From Neoechinorhynchus agilis (lineage: Eukaryota; Animalia; Acanthocephala), in the NCBI GenBank assembly GCA_051530055.1, contig CM121342.1, forward strand, positions 9,439,480 through 9,503,479: a stretch of 64,000 nt of DNA, read 5' to 3'. The notes under the pieces were generated by a model. It worked only from the letters and a program-made list of their open reading frames with translations. It was not told the origin of the DNA and did not search any database. Each line of letters begins with the position of its first letter. Within the stretch, counting starts at the first letter, position 1. This document shows, one piece after another, positions 50,576-62,609 of this stretch. A program made the position numbers and the translations under genes.

Positions 50576-51586
50576 ATGCTCAACTGTACGACTCCAGCCT
50601 GCCGTACTCTCATGACCATAGCAACTTGGTCACGAATCTTAATGTTACCAATATGGATCCTCTTTGGTACTGTAGGTAACTCCTTTTTATATTTAATAAT
50701 GCGATCGTCATTATATCGAAAAATGTCGTTTTCCATTTACTTCAAAGCGATAGCCTTGGTCGATACTATTGTGATTATTGGCGTGCTTGGCCGATGGCTT
50801 GAATCGATTCAAGTTATCAATCTTAATAAACTTACGAATTGCGGAGGAATATTCTGGTTTCTCTTCAGTACAACAATTCAATCAAACTGGTTATTATTGG
50901 CAGCCAATATAGATCGACTGATTGGAATAATAAGATATCCACTAAAGAGCAAATTTGCTAACCGGAAAACTGCTAAACTGTACAGTGCTTCAATTGTAGT
51001 AGTAGTTTTTATTCTCATGTTACAGTGGCCGTTTATTCTACATTGAATCATGGTTCTAAAGGTTCATACTTTTTCATCTTCAAATAGAATCATGCGGTAC
51101 AATTCCAAAGGCTATGAGGTGGCGGGATATCCTTGTGTCCTAATACATAAAGCTCGCTTTTACGGGAAGATTATATGGCCAATTTTGTATAACACATTAG
51201 GAGTTGGAATTCCAATGATTGGAATTATGATTACCAGTTTTTACCTCTATCTTAAAGTAGCTCGTTCGAAGAAAAGAAGTGGAGCTATTAGAAGAAAAAA
51301 GACTATGCGTTCTATTCGGAATCTTATTTTAATTTCAATGTATCACCTTCTGGCAACAACTCCCTTTGCGATAATCCAACTGATTTCCGCTTTAATAACA
51401 AAAAGAAGCAGCTGTACTGCCCAAGCAGCTTGGATGTTTACTAATATCATGGCACTACATTTCAGTATATCAGATTATTGCCTAAAATTCTATCTTTTTA
51501 TTTTGCAAGGAGACCGAGTGAGGAAAAATATAAGGCATATAATATTTGGACGATGTCTGATTGGTGAGAATGTTCACAATAAGTGA
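50576..51586 (+). CDS. Class A GPCR, paralog 2, two exons
   Basis: Collinear with paralog 1 (MLNCT, GTVGN, QSNWLLLAANIDR, PILYN, ATTPFA, YCLKFY). Confidence 0.85.
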
Positions 51587-51689
51587 AGTTACTATTAAGA
51601 ATGGCGATACTGAGTTACATGAGCATGACAAATATTTTACAAAACAAATTATTCTTCCTGTGGCGCTTCACACCCCGAGAATCAGTCTT

Positions 51690-52445
51690 ATTTTATAACA
51701 TTTCATGGGCCATACCGCCCCTTTCAAACATCGTCATCTGAAAAACCGAAACATAGATTGCACTAGCCTATTTCCGATTGCTCTCCATGGCTCGGGATCG
51801 CAGGGTTGCCATTCCTGTAAATCGGTGCGTTAAATGCCGCACGAACTCCGCTGCGATTGGGTATCGAGCGTTCCGCCTTACGTTGATATCCTTGATGGAC
51901 AATCGCAGTGCAAAATTACCTTTTTGGCCTTCCATTGCGCCTCTAAAACCAATTTCCGCGATAGAAATCGTTCCGTGGCCAGAAACGAAGCGCCCTCAAA
52001 GTCGACGCAGTGTTGGGTGTTTTGTTCGTGATTCGAAATGGCGGAAAAATGATCGAATCGTCTGCAAGTATACTTATGTCGGGTCAGTCGTTTTTGCAAA
52101 CCTTGCTTAGTTTGCCCTATATATTGTTTTCCACACTCAAGGCACTCGATTTTGTAAACCCCACATTCTTCACCGTGGACTTCTTCCTCTTGCATAAACC
52201 GGCTAAAGAGATTCCCTTTCGACCTTCTTATCAATGGTCGTAGTTTGTTCGTTGCCACTTCGCTGATAAAGGTGTGCGTCACGTATTTGCACGGTTCCAT
52301 TGGCACACGTAAAGGATGTCGTCGTTGTTGATGGTCTCGTTAAATTCTTTTCTGCGCGACTTTGACCACCCAACATGGAAGGCCTCGCTCTCTTAGCTTT
52401 GACGATATTCTCCTCCTCTCCGCTGCCCAACTTCGCGGGGCGTCG
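51690..52445 (-). mobile_element. Penelope-like element 3' fragment with a GIY-YIG endonuclease
   Basis: GVYKIECLECGKQYIGQTKQGLQKRLTRH..SAISNH..LVLEA. Confidence 0.88.
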
Positions 52446-52704
52446 GATAATTTCGAGTATGTGGAGGTGGGGAAAAATATATATCCAAGAATCACTTTAA
52501 TTGAAATATTTCCAATATTTAAAAACTTACAAGCAATAATTGACTGAAAAAGTCCAGCGTGATTGGACGAATTATTTCAATTAAAGTGATTTTTGGATAT
52601 ATAATTTTCCAATTTATCTTTAACTAAGGATAATTTCGAAATATCCCAAGGTTTGTCATTGCTTGTGAGTGTTTTATTCTCAATCGTTCCAACAAGTGAA
52701 ATAC

Positions 52705-55700
52705 CGGGGTAATATATAAACACGTTTTATTAGTTAATGTAAGACATGCGATCCATACACTTGCCAGCTTCTATCTTTGCTGAAGGTGTCTGGATGGCGG
52801 ATGTTGACGGCAAGGGAGGTGGGACCTGTCTTTGAAGGGGTGTTAATGTGCGGTCGGAGGCTTTGTACAGGAGATGACCGATTGGGAGTCTTTCCTTGTT
52901 CTCCGGTTATTAAGGAAAGATTGGGTTTGGTGGAGGAAAGATTTTTGGTAGAGGGTGGTACGAGCGAGGGGGAATAAAAAGGTTGGGGTTATGGGTAATT
53001 ACGAGGGAAGAGTATTTAGAGATGAGGGACGAAAATTGTGGAGGGGGTTGGAGAAAATGGAGTGGAGGTGGGCGCCGAGGGGAGGGAGTGAAGTCCCGCT
53101 TATTCTCGCTGCTCTCTTGTGGAAGGTTTCGAGGGAATGGAGAGCATTGGCGGAAAGGGCGAGGAAAGTGGGGAAAGCGTTTGTAAGGGTAGGAAGGATG
53201 TTAGAGAGATAAAAGTGGGCAAGGTGTTTAGGGGATACGCCGAGACGCCGGAGGAGTTAGAGGAGGTAAAGACGAGGGTTTGTTTTAGAGAGTGCAAATG
53301 AAATGTGGGCATCCCATTCAAGGTTTTCTTGTAAAATCACGCCCAGAATTCGGAGAGAAGAGGAGCGTTGGATGGGGAGAGGGAGAGGTGCAAGGATAAG
53401 GTTGCGTTTAGAAATGTGGGGGACAAGCTCAAAAGATTTAGATAAATTTAGGGAGAGGTTTAGGGTGGAGAGCGAGGAAATGAGATGGTTGAGCTCGTCC
53501 ATGGTAGTGGAGACGGAGAGAGAGGGAGATGCGATGGTAATGACTGTGAGGCCATTGGCATAGAGGAGTGAGGGGATAGAGGTCATTTAGAAAAATGTCA
53601 AAGAGGAGAGAGGAAAGTCCGGCGCCTTGTTGGACTCCTTTAAATATGGGTAGAGAAGAGGAACAATAAGTTCCACATTGGATATATTGTTCGTGGTTGG
53701 AGAGGAAAGAGGAAATCCAAGCGAGTTGCCAGGTTGGGAGGCCAAAGGAAGCACATGATTGGAGAAGAAGGGAGTGATCTACCGACTCGAACGTAATGGA
53801 AATATCCAGTTGCACGAGACGGACGGTTGATGCTTTACTGGAATCTAAGCTGCGCACAAGCGTATCGTAAATGCAGAGGAGGGCATCAGAACAAGAGTAA
53901 TTGGGACGGAAAGCGAATTGGGAAGGGGAGATGTTTTTGAGGAAGAAGGGAAATAGACGGGTTTTAAAACAATTTTCTAAGATTTTAGAGAAAGGTGAGA
54001 GGATAGAGATGGGACGAAAAGATGTGGGAGAAATCCGTTTATTGTTCTTGGGTAGGGGGACGACATGGGCTTCCTTAAGACACGATGGGAAAGCGCCCAG
54101 TAGAAAGCTAAGTTTCGTTATGTGCGTTAGAGGATCGATAAGATCCGGGGTGGTGATTCGAATGGCCCAATTTGGGATAGTCGAATTAGGGGAAGAATGG
54201 CGGGGTAGGCGTTTAAGGATCTCTAGGATTTCGAGAGGGGAAACTAAGGAAGGGCATGTATGAATGGGCGGGTCAGATAGTGAGAAGGGAAGTTGGGACA
54301 ATGGAGAGGAGGTTTGGGAGGACAGAGTTTTTTATTCATGGAGTTAAGGATTGAGAAGAGATCAGATTTGGGGAGAGATGCGAAAGGGGTGGATCTACCA
54401 AGACCAGTGACATTTTTTATTTGACGCCATTAGTTTCGATTGGGAACGGACGAGAGACGAGATGAGAAGAATAATTTGCGGGCTATGCGGATGCGTTTTG
54501 TCAGTGATGAGTAGAGGGAGGGGTAAGCGGGATTGCCTAACCGAAAAGCTTTGGTGACCTGGATTTGAAGGGTTTTTAGAAAAGGCGAGAACCATGGAGG
54601 GTCGCGGTTCGAGATTCGTATTGTTTTGCGAGGAAAGGAGGCCTTCGTCGCAGATTCTATTAGATTTAACAAAGAGCCCATTGCAATCGAGGTGTCGGTG
54701 CCAAAGATGGTAGAGCGGTTTTGCGTGATAAGAGAATTGACACATACAGCAAAGGATTGGGAATGGTGATCACGTTTATCCCAGAAAACGTAGGGGTCGG
54801 AAAGGGATCGTTTTTGAGGCGATGAAAGGGAGAGAAGGATGGAAAAATGGTCAGACGAGGCGATCGGGGAAGTTTGGTAGTGCACGAATATTGCCTGATG
54901 TTTGAGAAAATTTTATCAAGGCGGGAGGAGAAGCGTGTAGGGAAAGTAACGAGTTGGGAGAGATGAGAGAGCGAGGGCGGGATCGACAGTTTGTTAAAAT
55001 CGCCCAATATGATTAAGTGATCTGAGGAAGTGGAAAGTAGGTCAGTAAATAGGTGGTCTATTTGTTGAATTGCGTTGGGGATGTTTGAGGAAGGAGGGTT
55101 ATAAAGGCCAGCGATAGAGATCTCACGTTGGCCATTGCGGAGGGGGAGATGAAGTTGGATGTGAAGCAATTCAAGATCGTCGGAGATGAAAAGGTTGGGT
55201 GAAGAGCACTGGTAAGGGAGAGAGGCGCGGATGAAGATCCATATGCCTCCCCCGTTTCGGAAGTAGTTTGTGACGTGAAAAGCTTGAAAGTTTGAAAGGA
55301 AGGCAGATAATTTGCTATGGGGTGAGATCCATGTTTCCGAAATTACAAGGATATCGGCGTTTCAACAAGAGCCAACTATATGGTGCTCATCCAGTTTGAG
55401 GAAGAGGCTACGGATGTTAGAATAAAAGATTATTGGAAGGGATGTTTAGAAGGGACATGAGGTGTGGACACTGACGGAGAGGGTTGAAGCTTCGTAGGGA
55501 GAGAAGGGATGGGAGTTGACCGGTGGGATAGTTCGGGGGTAATGGATTCGTGGGTGGACACTGTAGTGATGGGTGATTTGAGTGTAGGGACCATAAGGGT
55601 GGGAACTGAGCATGCGCGATGAACTCGGGGGGAAAGAGGATATTGGGAGTTGAAGAGGTAGTGGTAAGATGTTAGGTAGTGTGCGCTTCCAAGGTATTTT

Positions 55701-56720
55701 TCGCTTCGGAGGGACGAAGCGAAAATTTCCAGATTTGGTAAGGTGCGGAATAGTGGTTTTAGGTAGATGAGTGGTGTCAAGGATGAGAGGGGTTTAGGAG
55801 GAGATAATTTACGAGGCGAAGGATGCTTAACGTAGTCGTTGAAGGATGGTTGGGGTGTGTGCTTTTCACTAGAAAATCGGGGTACGGGAGAGAAGGTGGA
55901 TGGTTTTGATGGGGCTGACGTTGAAACGTAATCGTAGAAGGATGGGAGGGGTTTATGGTTTTCTCTAGCAGTACGGGGTGCTAGAGAGGAGCTGAAGGAT
56001 TTAGATGAGGTTGAGGAGGAAGGGGGTTCGGTTTTAATGGTGGAGCAGAGTGAGACTTAGAGTGCAGGGACGAGGTAAAGGGGGTATGAGAGATGATAGG
56101 AACGGAATTAGGGAGGGGAGAAGATTGTTGAAGAAAAGTCGAATTAGAGTGTGGAGAGGAGTCTTGGTGGGCGTCTACAGCAAAGGGTGGGTGGGCAGTG
56201 TTTAAAGGGTGAAGCGAGGGAGAAGAAAAGGTTTGGGGTGGGGAAACTGAAGATCTAAGGGTAAGGGGTTTAGGGTTTTGGGAGTGGTTAGTGTTTGAGT
56301 ACTTATTGGGATGGGGGGAAACCGGAGAACACGGTTTGAGCAAGGCGGCGCAGTACAGAAACCGCAAATAAATTTATGGCCTGCTGCCCAAGTAGTTGAG
56401 ACGAATATTTGGTTGTAACCGGACAATCGTCCATGTCACAGAAAATGAGCTTGGTGGTTGGGCGCTTTGGCCTCTGCATTTTTTGCAAGTGTTTATGACG
56501 TTAGATCGTGCGACGACGTTGATCGTGTGACGGCGTTGATGCTCACCGATTTGATTGCAATTGTTTGCGACGTTAGATCTTGTGACGGCGTTGATCGTCT
56601 GAACAAAGCAATTATTCGATGATGTGTGACAACGAGAGTGAGAACGTTAACGACTGACGAGACAGAACGTTGACGATTGACGATCGAGACAACGTTGACG
56701 AGAGAGAATGAGAGTTTTGA
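52705..56720 (-). mobile_element. CR1/L2-type LINE, copy B (close relative of copy A)
   Basis: Long near-identity with 39254-42700; RT motifs in ORF 53438-54301; AATAAAACGTG tail near 52725. Confidence 0.9.
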
Positions 56721-57405
56721 CGAAAGAAAGGTTGAGAGTTTTGATGCAAGGCATTCGGTGAGAGGGTGAAAGTCAGCTGTGCAAATTTTAGATGCTGTTT
56801 TATAGGAGGTATGGGGTGGGGAAACTGAAGATGGAAGGGGTTTAGGGGTTTTGGAGTGATTAGTGTTTGAGTACTTATTGGGATGGGGGAAACCGGAAAA
56901 CACGGTTCGGGATGGTGGATTGATCCTGGTGATGGGCCGTTGTTGGGCATCAGATCGAGAAAAATCTGTGTGATGGCTTCTGCTGTGATGTTCAAAGGCG
57001 TGGTAGAAGGTGATGTTTCGAGATTAACGTCGATCGGGGTCGCAAGTGCCATGTTGACAACTCCAAAAGGCATTCGATCTGGTGCCAATTTGATCAGCAG
57101 CTTAGCGCAGCAGAACCCACAGATAAAGAACGGGCAAGGTTCTGGGATGTGCGTTGGATCGATGAAGGTTGTTATAGAGCACCCTTGGCACGAGCAGGCA
57201 ATCCTCTTGGAGCTTGGGTTACGGCACTTTTACCAGCCATGAAGGTGTTTCTAATAAACTCGACGTATTGCTTGTAAGCTTTTAAATAATCAACTTGATG
57301 CCGATAATCGAATTGATGCACGTAAAGGTGTTTATCGATTCGATACACATAGAGGTGTTTGATGAGAGAAAGAACGTTGACGATTGACGAGAAAAAGAAC
57401 GTTAT
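56720..57405 (-). mobile_element. Internally deleted mini-LINE (5' repeat, ORF1 start, RT 3' remnant) abutting copy B
   Basis: 5' AACGTTGACGATTGACG repeat at about 57375; a Cys-rich FICGFC segment; 56745-56790 resembles LINE 3' regions at 58630 and 43290. Confidence 0.6.
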
Positions 57406-58072
57406 CCCCGGTGTGGCAAAACTGAGAAAAAGAAAGTATATTTTCCTCGAAGATAATAATCAAAGACAGTTAAAATAATATTGAAAAAATGTTTCGAGGC
57501 ACAGTAGTGACAATAGGAAAGCCAAAAATTTCTGCAATGCATTTTTTACAGTAATGAAGATCCGAAATTCTGCTAGGAAATTTTATTTCAATCGAGAACT
57601 TGTAACTTTTGCGAGCGAAAGATTGCTTAATTTTTATTTTCAGTACCAATAAAGACGATTAGTGGATTGTCAGCTGACTTCTCAACCGCATGTTCTCTTT
57701 TCAATTGTCGAGCAATTAACGGGGTTGAAACAAAAAAATCGAAAAATATTTCGGAGTTTTACTACTTCTTCAATATCAAGTGGGACTGAGCAAAGTCATC
57801 GTAGGTACGAGACGACCAACGTGCGATTCGTTATTGTACTTAACCAAAGGGACGAGTGGACTTCCTTACTGACTTTATTTTATTTCAGAACCTTGAAGAA
57901 TGAGTGAAATATTGGTCCAAAATAAACATTTGTTTTCAACCGCAAGTAAATAAGAACAATCAAAGTTTGGCTTACCGATCCTTTTGAATTTTACGCGTTT
58001 TAAGCCGCGACGTGGTTTTTTGACCCTTCGATGCCGGCTGATGCAAGTCTCATATCGTCCGATTGTTCACCT

Positions 58073-61000
58073 ATAATAATACGTTTTATTAAAGCCAAAA
58101 GAATAGAACCCATGTACCTTTGGGTCCTCGTGAACACTCGAGTTCTGATTTTTTTACATGAAGGTAGCAGTTGATTTTGGATTCTATAACAGGTCCGGTC
58201 GGGCGGAAAACTTTCCAATCAGGGTAGGAAGGTTGGTGGTTGAAAATACAAAAGGTTAGGAGAACCATGCACTCTTAGGTCCTCGACGGTTAATATGGGA
58301 ATAAGCAGTCGAATGATGTCCTTTTGAATAGGAACTATCCATTCGGGGACGGTTCGTTCGGGTGAGGATGTTTTCGTTCGATTGAGAACATCTGGTAAGG
58401 TTGGAAGGTCCGTTCTCGTTGGAATTGGCGGATATTGTTTGCAGGAGCGCTTGTAAGATTAATCTTTCCTCGGAATCGTTTAGGATTATGAAATCCGAGA
58501 AGATTGGGTAGCATGGAAAAAGGGGCGTATTAGGAATACGAGTGTTGTACTCGTGTGAAAAGGGGTGATATGTGGAACGAATTTTGGTGGTAGGGTTGAG
58601 AGGCGTTTTGATTGTTTTATGAAAATAGTATCAAGGCATTCGGTGAGAGGGGGAAGACGTGAATATATTGTTTGCGATTGTGAGGATAAGATTCGAGCCA
58701 GCGGATCTGCCACAAGTTGAGACCAAAATCGGAGCAGAGCCGGAGAAGGAGTGAATGGTCCACGGAGTCGAATGCTTTTCATCGAGGTTACGTAGGAGCG
58801 TGTCATAAATGCAAAGTCGGGCATCGGTAGCAGAAAATTCGGGTCGGAAGCGAAATTGTAGTGGCGATAACTTTTCGTGGAGAAGTGGAAGAAGGCGAGA
58901 TTGAAAACATTTTTCGATGATTTTTGAAGGAGCGGATAGAATGGAAATTGGACGGAATGATTCGGCTGAAGTAGGGTGCCCCTTTTTTGGAACGAGTATT
59001 ACTTTGGCAGTATTCAGGCAAGAAGGGTAGATGCCATATAAAAAGCTGAGGTTTATAATGTGGGTAAGAGTCGTTGATGATGCAACGAAGAGCACAGTTT
59101 GGGATTTCGAATTGAGAGGACGAATTTTTAGGTAATTTCATGGGATACTTTAGTACTTGGTATGATGAGACTAAGGGGAGTATCGGCGAGTTGACAGCAG
59201 TGATTGTAAATTGAGTCAGTGCAGAGGTTCTGGTTAATGGAATCTGGAACCGGTTTTAATTCAGTGGAGGACAAATTAGGGAAGGGATCTGGGTGGCGTA
59301 GACCAAGAGAGTCCTTGACGGGCGCCACCATGTTGAGTTGCCACCTGATCGAATTTTAGAGAAAAGGAAGTTTTTGCGTACGATAAGCATTTTGTTAGAA
59401 AGTGCCTTTTGTAAATGGAGAGTTATTGCGATGGGTCTTAGAAGCTTGCCATTGTAGAAGTTTTAAAATAAGGGTTATCCATGGAGGGTTGCGGTTGGAA
59501 ATCCTAATGAGTTTCTTGGGGATTGCCGAAGCAAGGGAATTTTCTATGATTGAGGTTAGGGAGTACATGGCCAAGGAAGGGTCATTTGTGTTGTCAGAGT
59601 GGGATGTGCGGATGTTAAAGTTGAATAATTTTATAAAATTTTGGATGTGATGATCACGTTTATCCCAGACGTGTAAACGGGGAGATTTTATAGGCTGAGG
59701 TGGGGTGGCGGGAGTGATAAGGGCAGAGTAATGGTCAGAATTCGCGGGGGGAGGGAGTTTAGAGGCGGATGAGTAGGCGTCGATATTTGTGAACACTTTG
59801 TCGACGTGGGCGTCAAGACGAGTTGGGAAGTCAATAAGTTGACCCAACTCGGAGAAGGGTAGAAGAGGAAATAGATTATTAAAGTCCCCTGCATGCGAAT
59901 TTGGAGTTTGTGAGCTCCATAATAGAGTCAATTTAGAGCAAGGAAGACTCAGGTCGAGAGGCCGGAAGTTGATAGACGCCAGCAATGGTGAATTCTCTAA
60001 GGCCGTTTCTCAGAGAAGCTATTAAATGGACTGCAATGAATTCTAAATCGGGGTTTTGAAGAGAGCCTGTGAGAGATAAAGAGCAAGGTAACGATTGCCG
60101 TACGTAAATTGAGACCCCCCTCCTGGACGATCATCACGGTATGTATGGAAGGAAGAGTACCCAGGAAGGGTGGCTGAATCGCTACGTCGGCTGTTGAGGT
60201 TGATGAAATGAGTGAAATTTCATCTAGTTTAGGAAGGAGGCTACGAGTATTGGAGTAGAAAACGGTGGGGAAAGGAATTTTAGATTTCGGGAAATCGGGG
60301 GCGGATGTGAGAGACTGGGGTTGCACTGTTCATTGCGGGTGGTGAGTTATGTAAGGAATCGTTACGGGATGCCGACAAAGAACGATTGATTATCCCAAAG
60401 AGAGAAGTCTGGGGGCGACTCGAAAATTTGAGTTGGGATGTGTTAATGGTAATGATAGAAATGATTTTAGGGTCAGGAATTTGTATGGATCAACTACGGT
60501 TATATGGGCCGATTTATGGTGATTTTGAGTAGGAGTAGAGAGATAATTGTTTACTTGATTCGGGAATAAAGAGATTATTTGATGAGGAAGGGCTGGGAGA
60601 TTGACCTTTGTTGTTATTCGGGCGCCGGTGTAGTTGCACGTAATCAAAGAAACTGGGAAGTCGCTTATTCTTATATTTTCAGGATAGGGGATGTGTTCGC
60701 AGGTGTTTGCTAAAAGTGACGAGTTACATTGGGAGGATGAGTTCTGGGTTGAGTTTGGAGCGCCGGCGGAAGGATTTTGTGATGAGTTCTTATGTGGATA
60801 GATACGAAAAGAAGGTTGAAAAGTAAGGAGTTTGTATCTCCTGTTAAGAAAGAGGGAGGCTACGGCTGGTGAAATAAAAGTTACTTTGAGGAGACGTGGT
60901 CTCGGGTTAAAGAGATTTTTGGAGGGAATGCGCATAACAGTTGATGGGGGAGGAATAATAGGCTGATTTGGTGGTTGTTGTGTGCATCAGCGGCGACAGG

Positions 61001-61330
61001 ATCTGTAACAGGGGCTTCCGGCATACCAGAAGTAAAAATGGTGCGATTTCTATCCTCGACGGCGGAGTGCATGATGCGATGAGTCGAATTCAGAGCAACG
61101 AGGGATGATAGTGGTGGTGGAGAAGGCGTATCACTACCGAAATGAATCGGATGGTTGATTGATTTTGATGGAGTTCCCCCTTTTGCTCTTGTTACTACTC
61201 GTTCAGATGTTACTTGGACCTTTTGTTCGACCGTAGCTTTCATAGTAATCTCACTGAATTTGTTAAAGTACAAAACAGTAATTACTTCAGCTGGTCACTT
61301 TCGTTTTTCCGTTTAGCGAACGTGAGCTGG
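58073..61330 (-). mobile_element. Near full-length but decayed CR1/L2-type LINE, copy C (different subfamily)
   Basis: ORF1-like RTIFTSGMPE and PRPRLLKVTF; APE FYSNTRSLLPKLDEI, GDFN, SDH; RT FRPISILSAPSKIIEK; AATAAA and (TAT)n tail at about 58075-58090. Confidence 0.88.
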
Positions 61331-62609
61331 GTTTAGGAAGGTTGTTTGAGTGTTTACCTTGATCAAAAGGCGTACCATATTATTCCTCTGAAACAATGGG
61401 TTTAATAAATTCATTTAATTTTTCACCGCCATAAACAGACGAAAGCAAGGTTGGGAATTACATCAATTTTCATTCAATAGAACTTATGTGTCCAAAGGGT
61501 TAAGATGCTTAGCTTGATGACGTAAGCAAAGTTGGGAATTTAATGAATTTTCGTTCAGTTAATTAAAATAATGTGCCTAGGTGATGCGAATAGTTTGATG
61601 ACGTATGCAAAGTCATTTTGTGTTATAGGCATCAAATAATCTTTAAAAATGTAGAGCTACTTCGGAGGCGGTTAAGGCTGGTTGGCTAATATCGCAGTCA
61701 AAGCTCTACAAGCAGAAAGAGGCTTATGATGGTTGTAACTTTAAACATGTAGTAAGCATTGGATATATGGTATATACAATGTTCAACGTTCAGGAAGTTT
61801 TAAATTTTACGGCGAAAGCAAAGTTGATAATTTTACGCATTGCCGCTCAGTTTAACACATACAATTTGTCGAAATGGTTAAAACGCTAACGTTGATTACT
61901 TAAGCAAAGTTGACGATTTAATACAATGTCGCTCGGCGGGACTCGTACAATATATCGAAGGAACTCGGATGCTTGAATGACGTGAGCAAACTTATTTTGT
62001 TGTATAGGTTGCAAATCCTAAATATTCTTCAGTCGGCTGCTTCGGAAGCTTCATGGTAAAGCAAGGCATGTTGTGTGCGTCTGATGGTTGTAGGATGAAC
62101 CTCGAGGAAACCTTTCGAATTATTGATTTAGAAATGTGCAATGTCCACTCAATTTTAAAAATGAGAAGCGTTTTAATTAGAGACAAATATAGCGCAGATA
62201 AAAGTTAAGTTTGATTACGTGAGGAGACTTATTATAATACGAAGAACCTCAAATGCGTTACTTCATGATGTAAAAAATAATTTGGTTTTATTGTTTTCAA
62301 ATGCTGAGTATTAATGATGGGGCTGCTGTGGCAGCTTCCGTTGAAATGCCAGGCATATTTTATAAATTTTAGACTTATTGAATATGCAGTTTTTAATATG
62401 TAGAAACATTTAACAACGAGAATCGCTGGAATTAGAGTAAAGTGTTACGCTTCTAATGCAAAGTTGAAAATTTATGCATTGCCGCTCAGTTTAACAAAAA
62501 TAATCTTTTAGAAGAGTAAAGATGCCAGGTTTCGGGATGTCAGCAAAGGTATTTTGTTGCCTTGGCATCAATGCTGTCGACATGCGAAACTTGCATATTC
62601 ATTAAGGAA

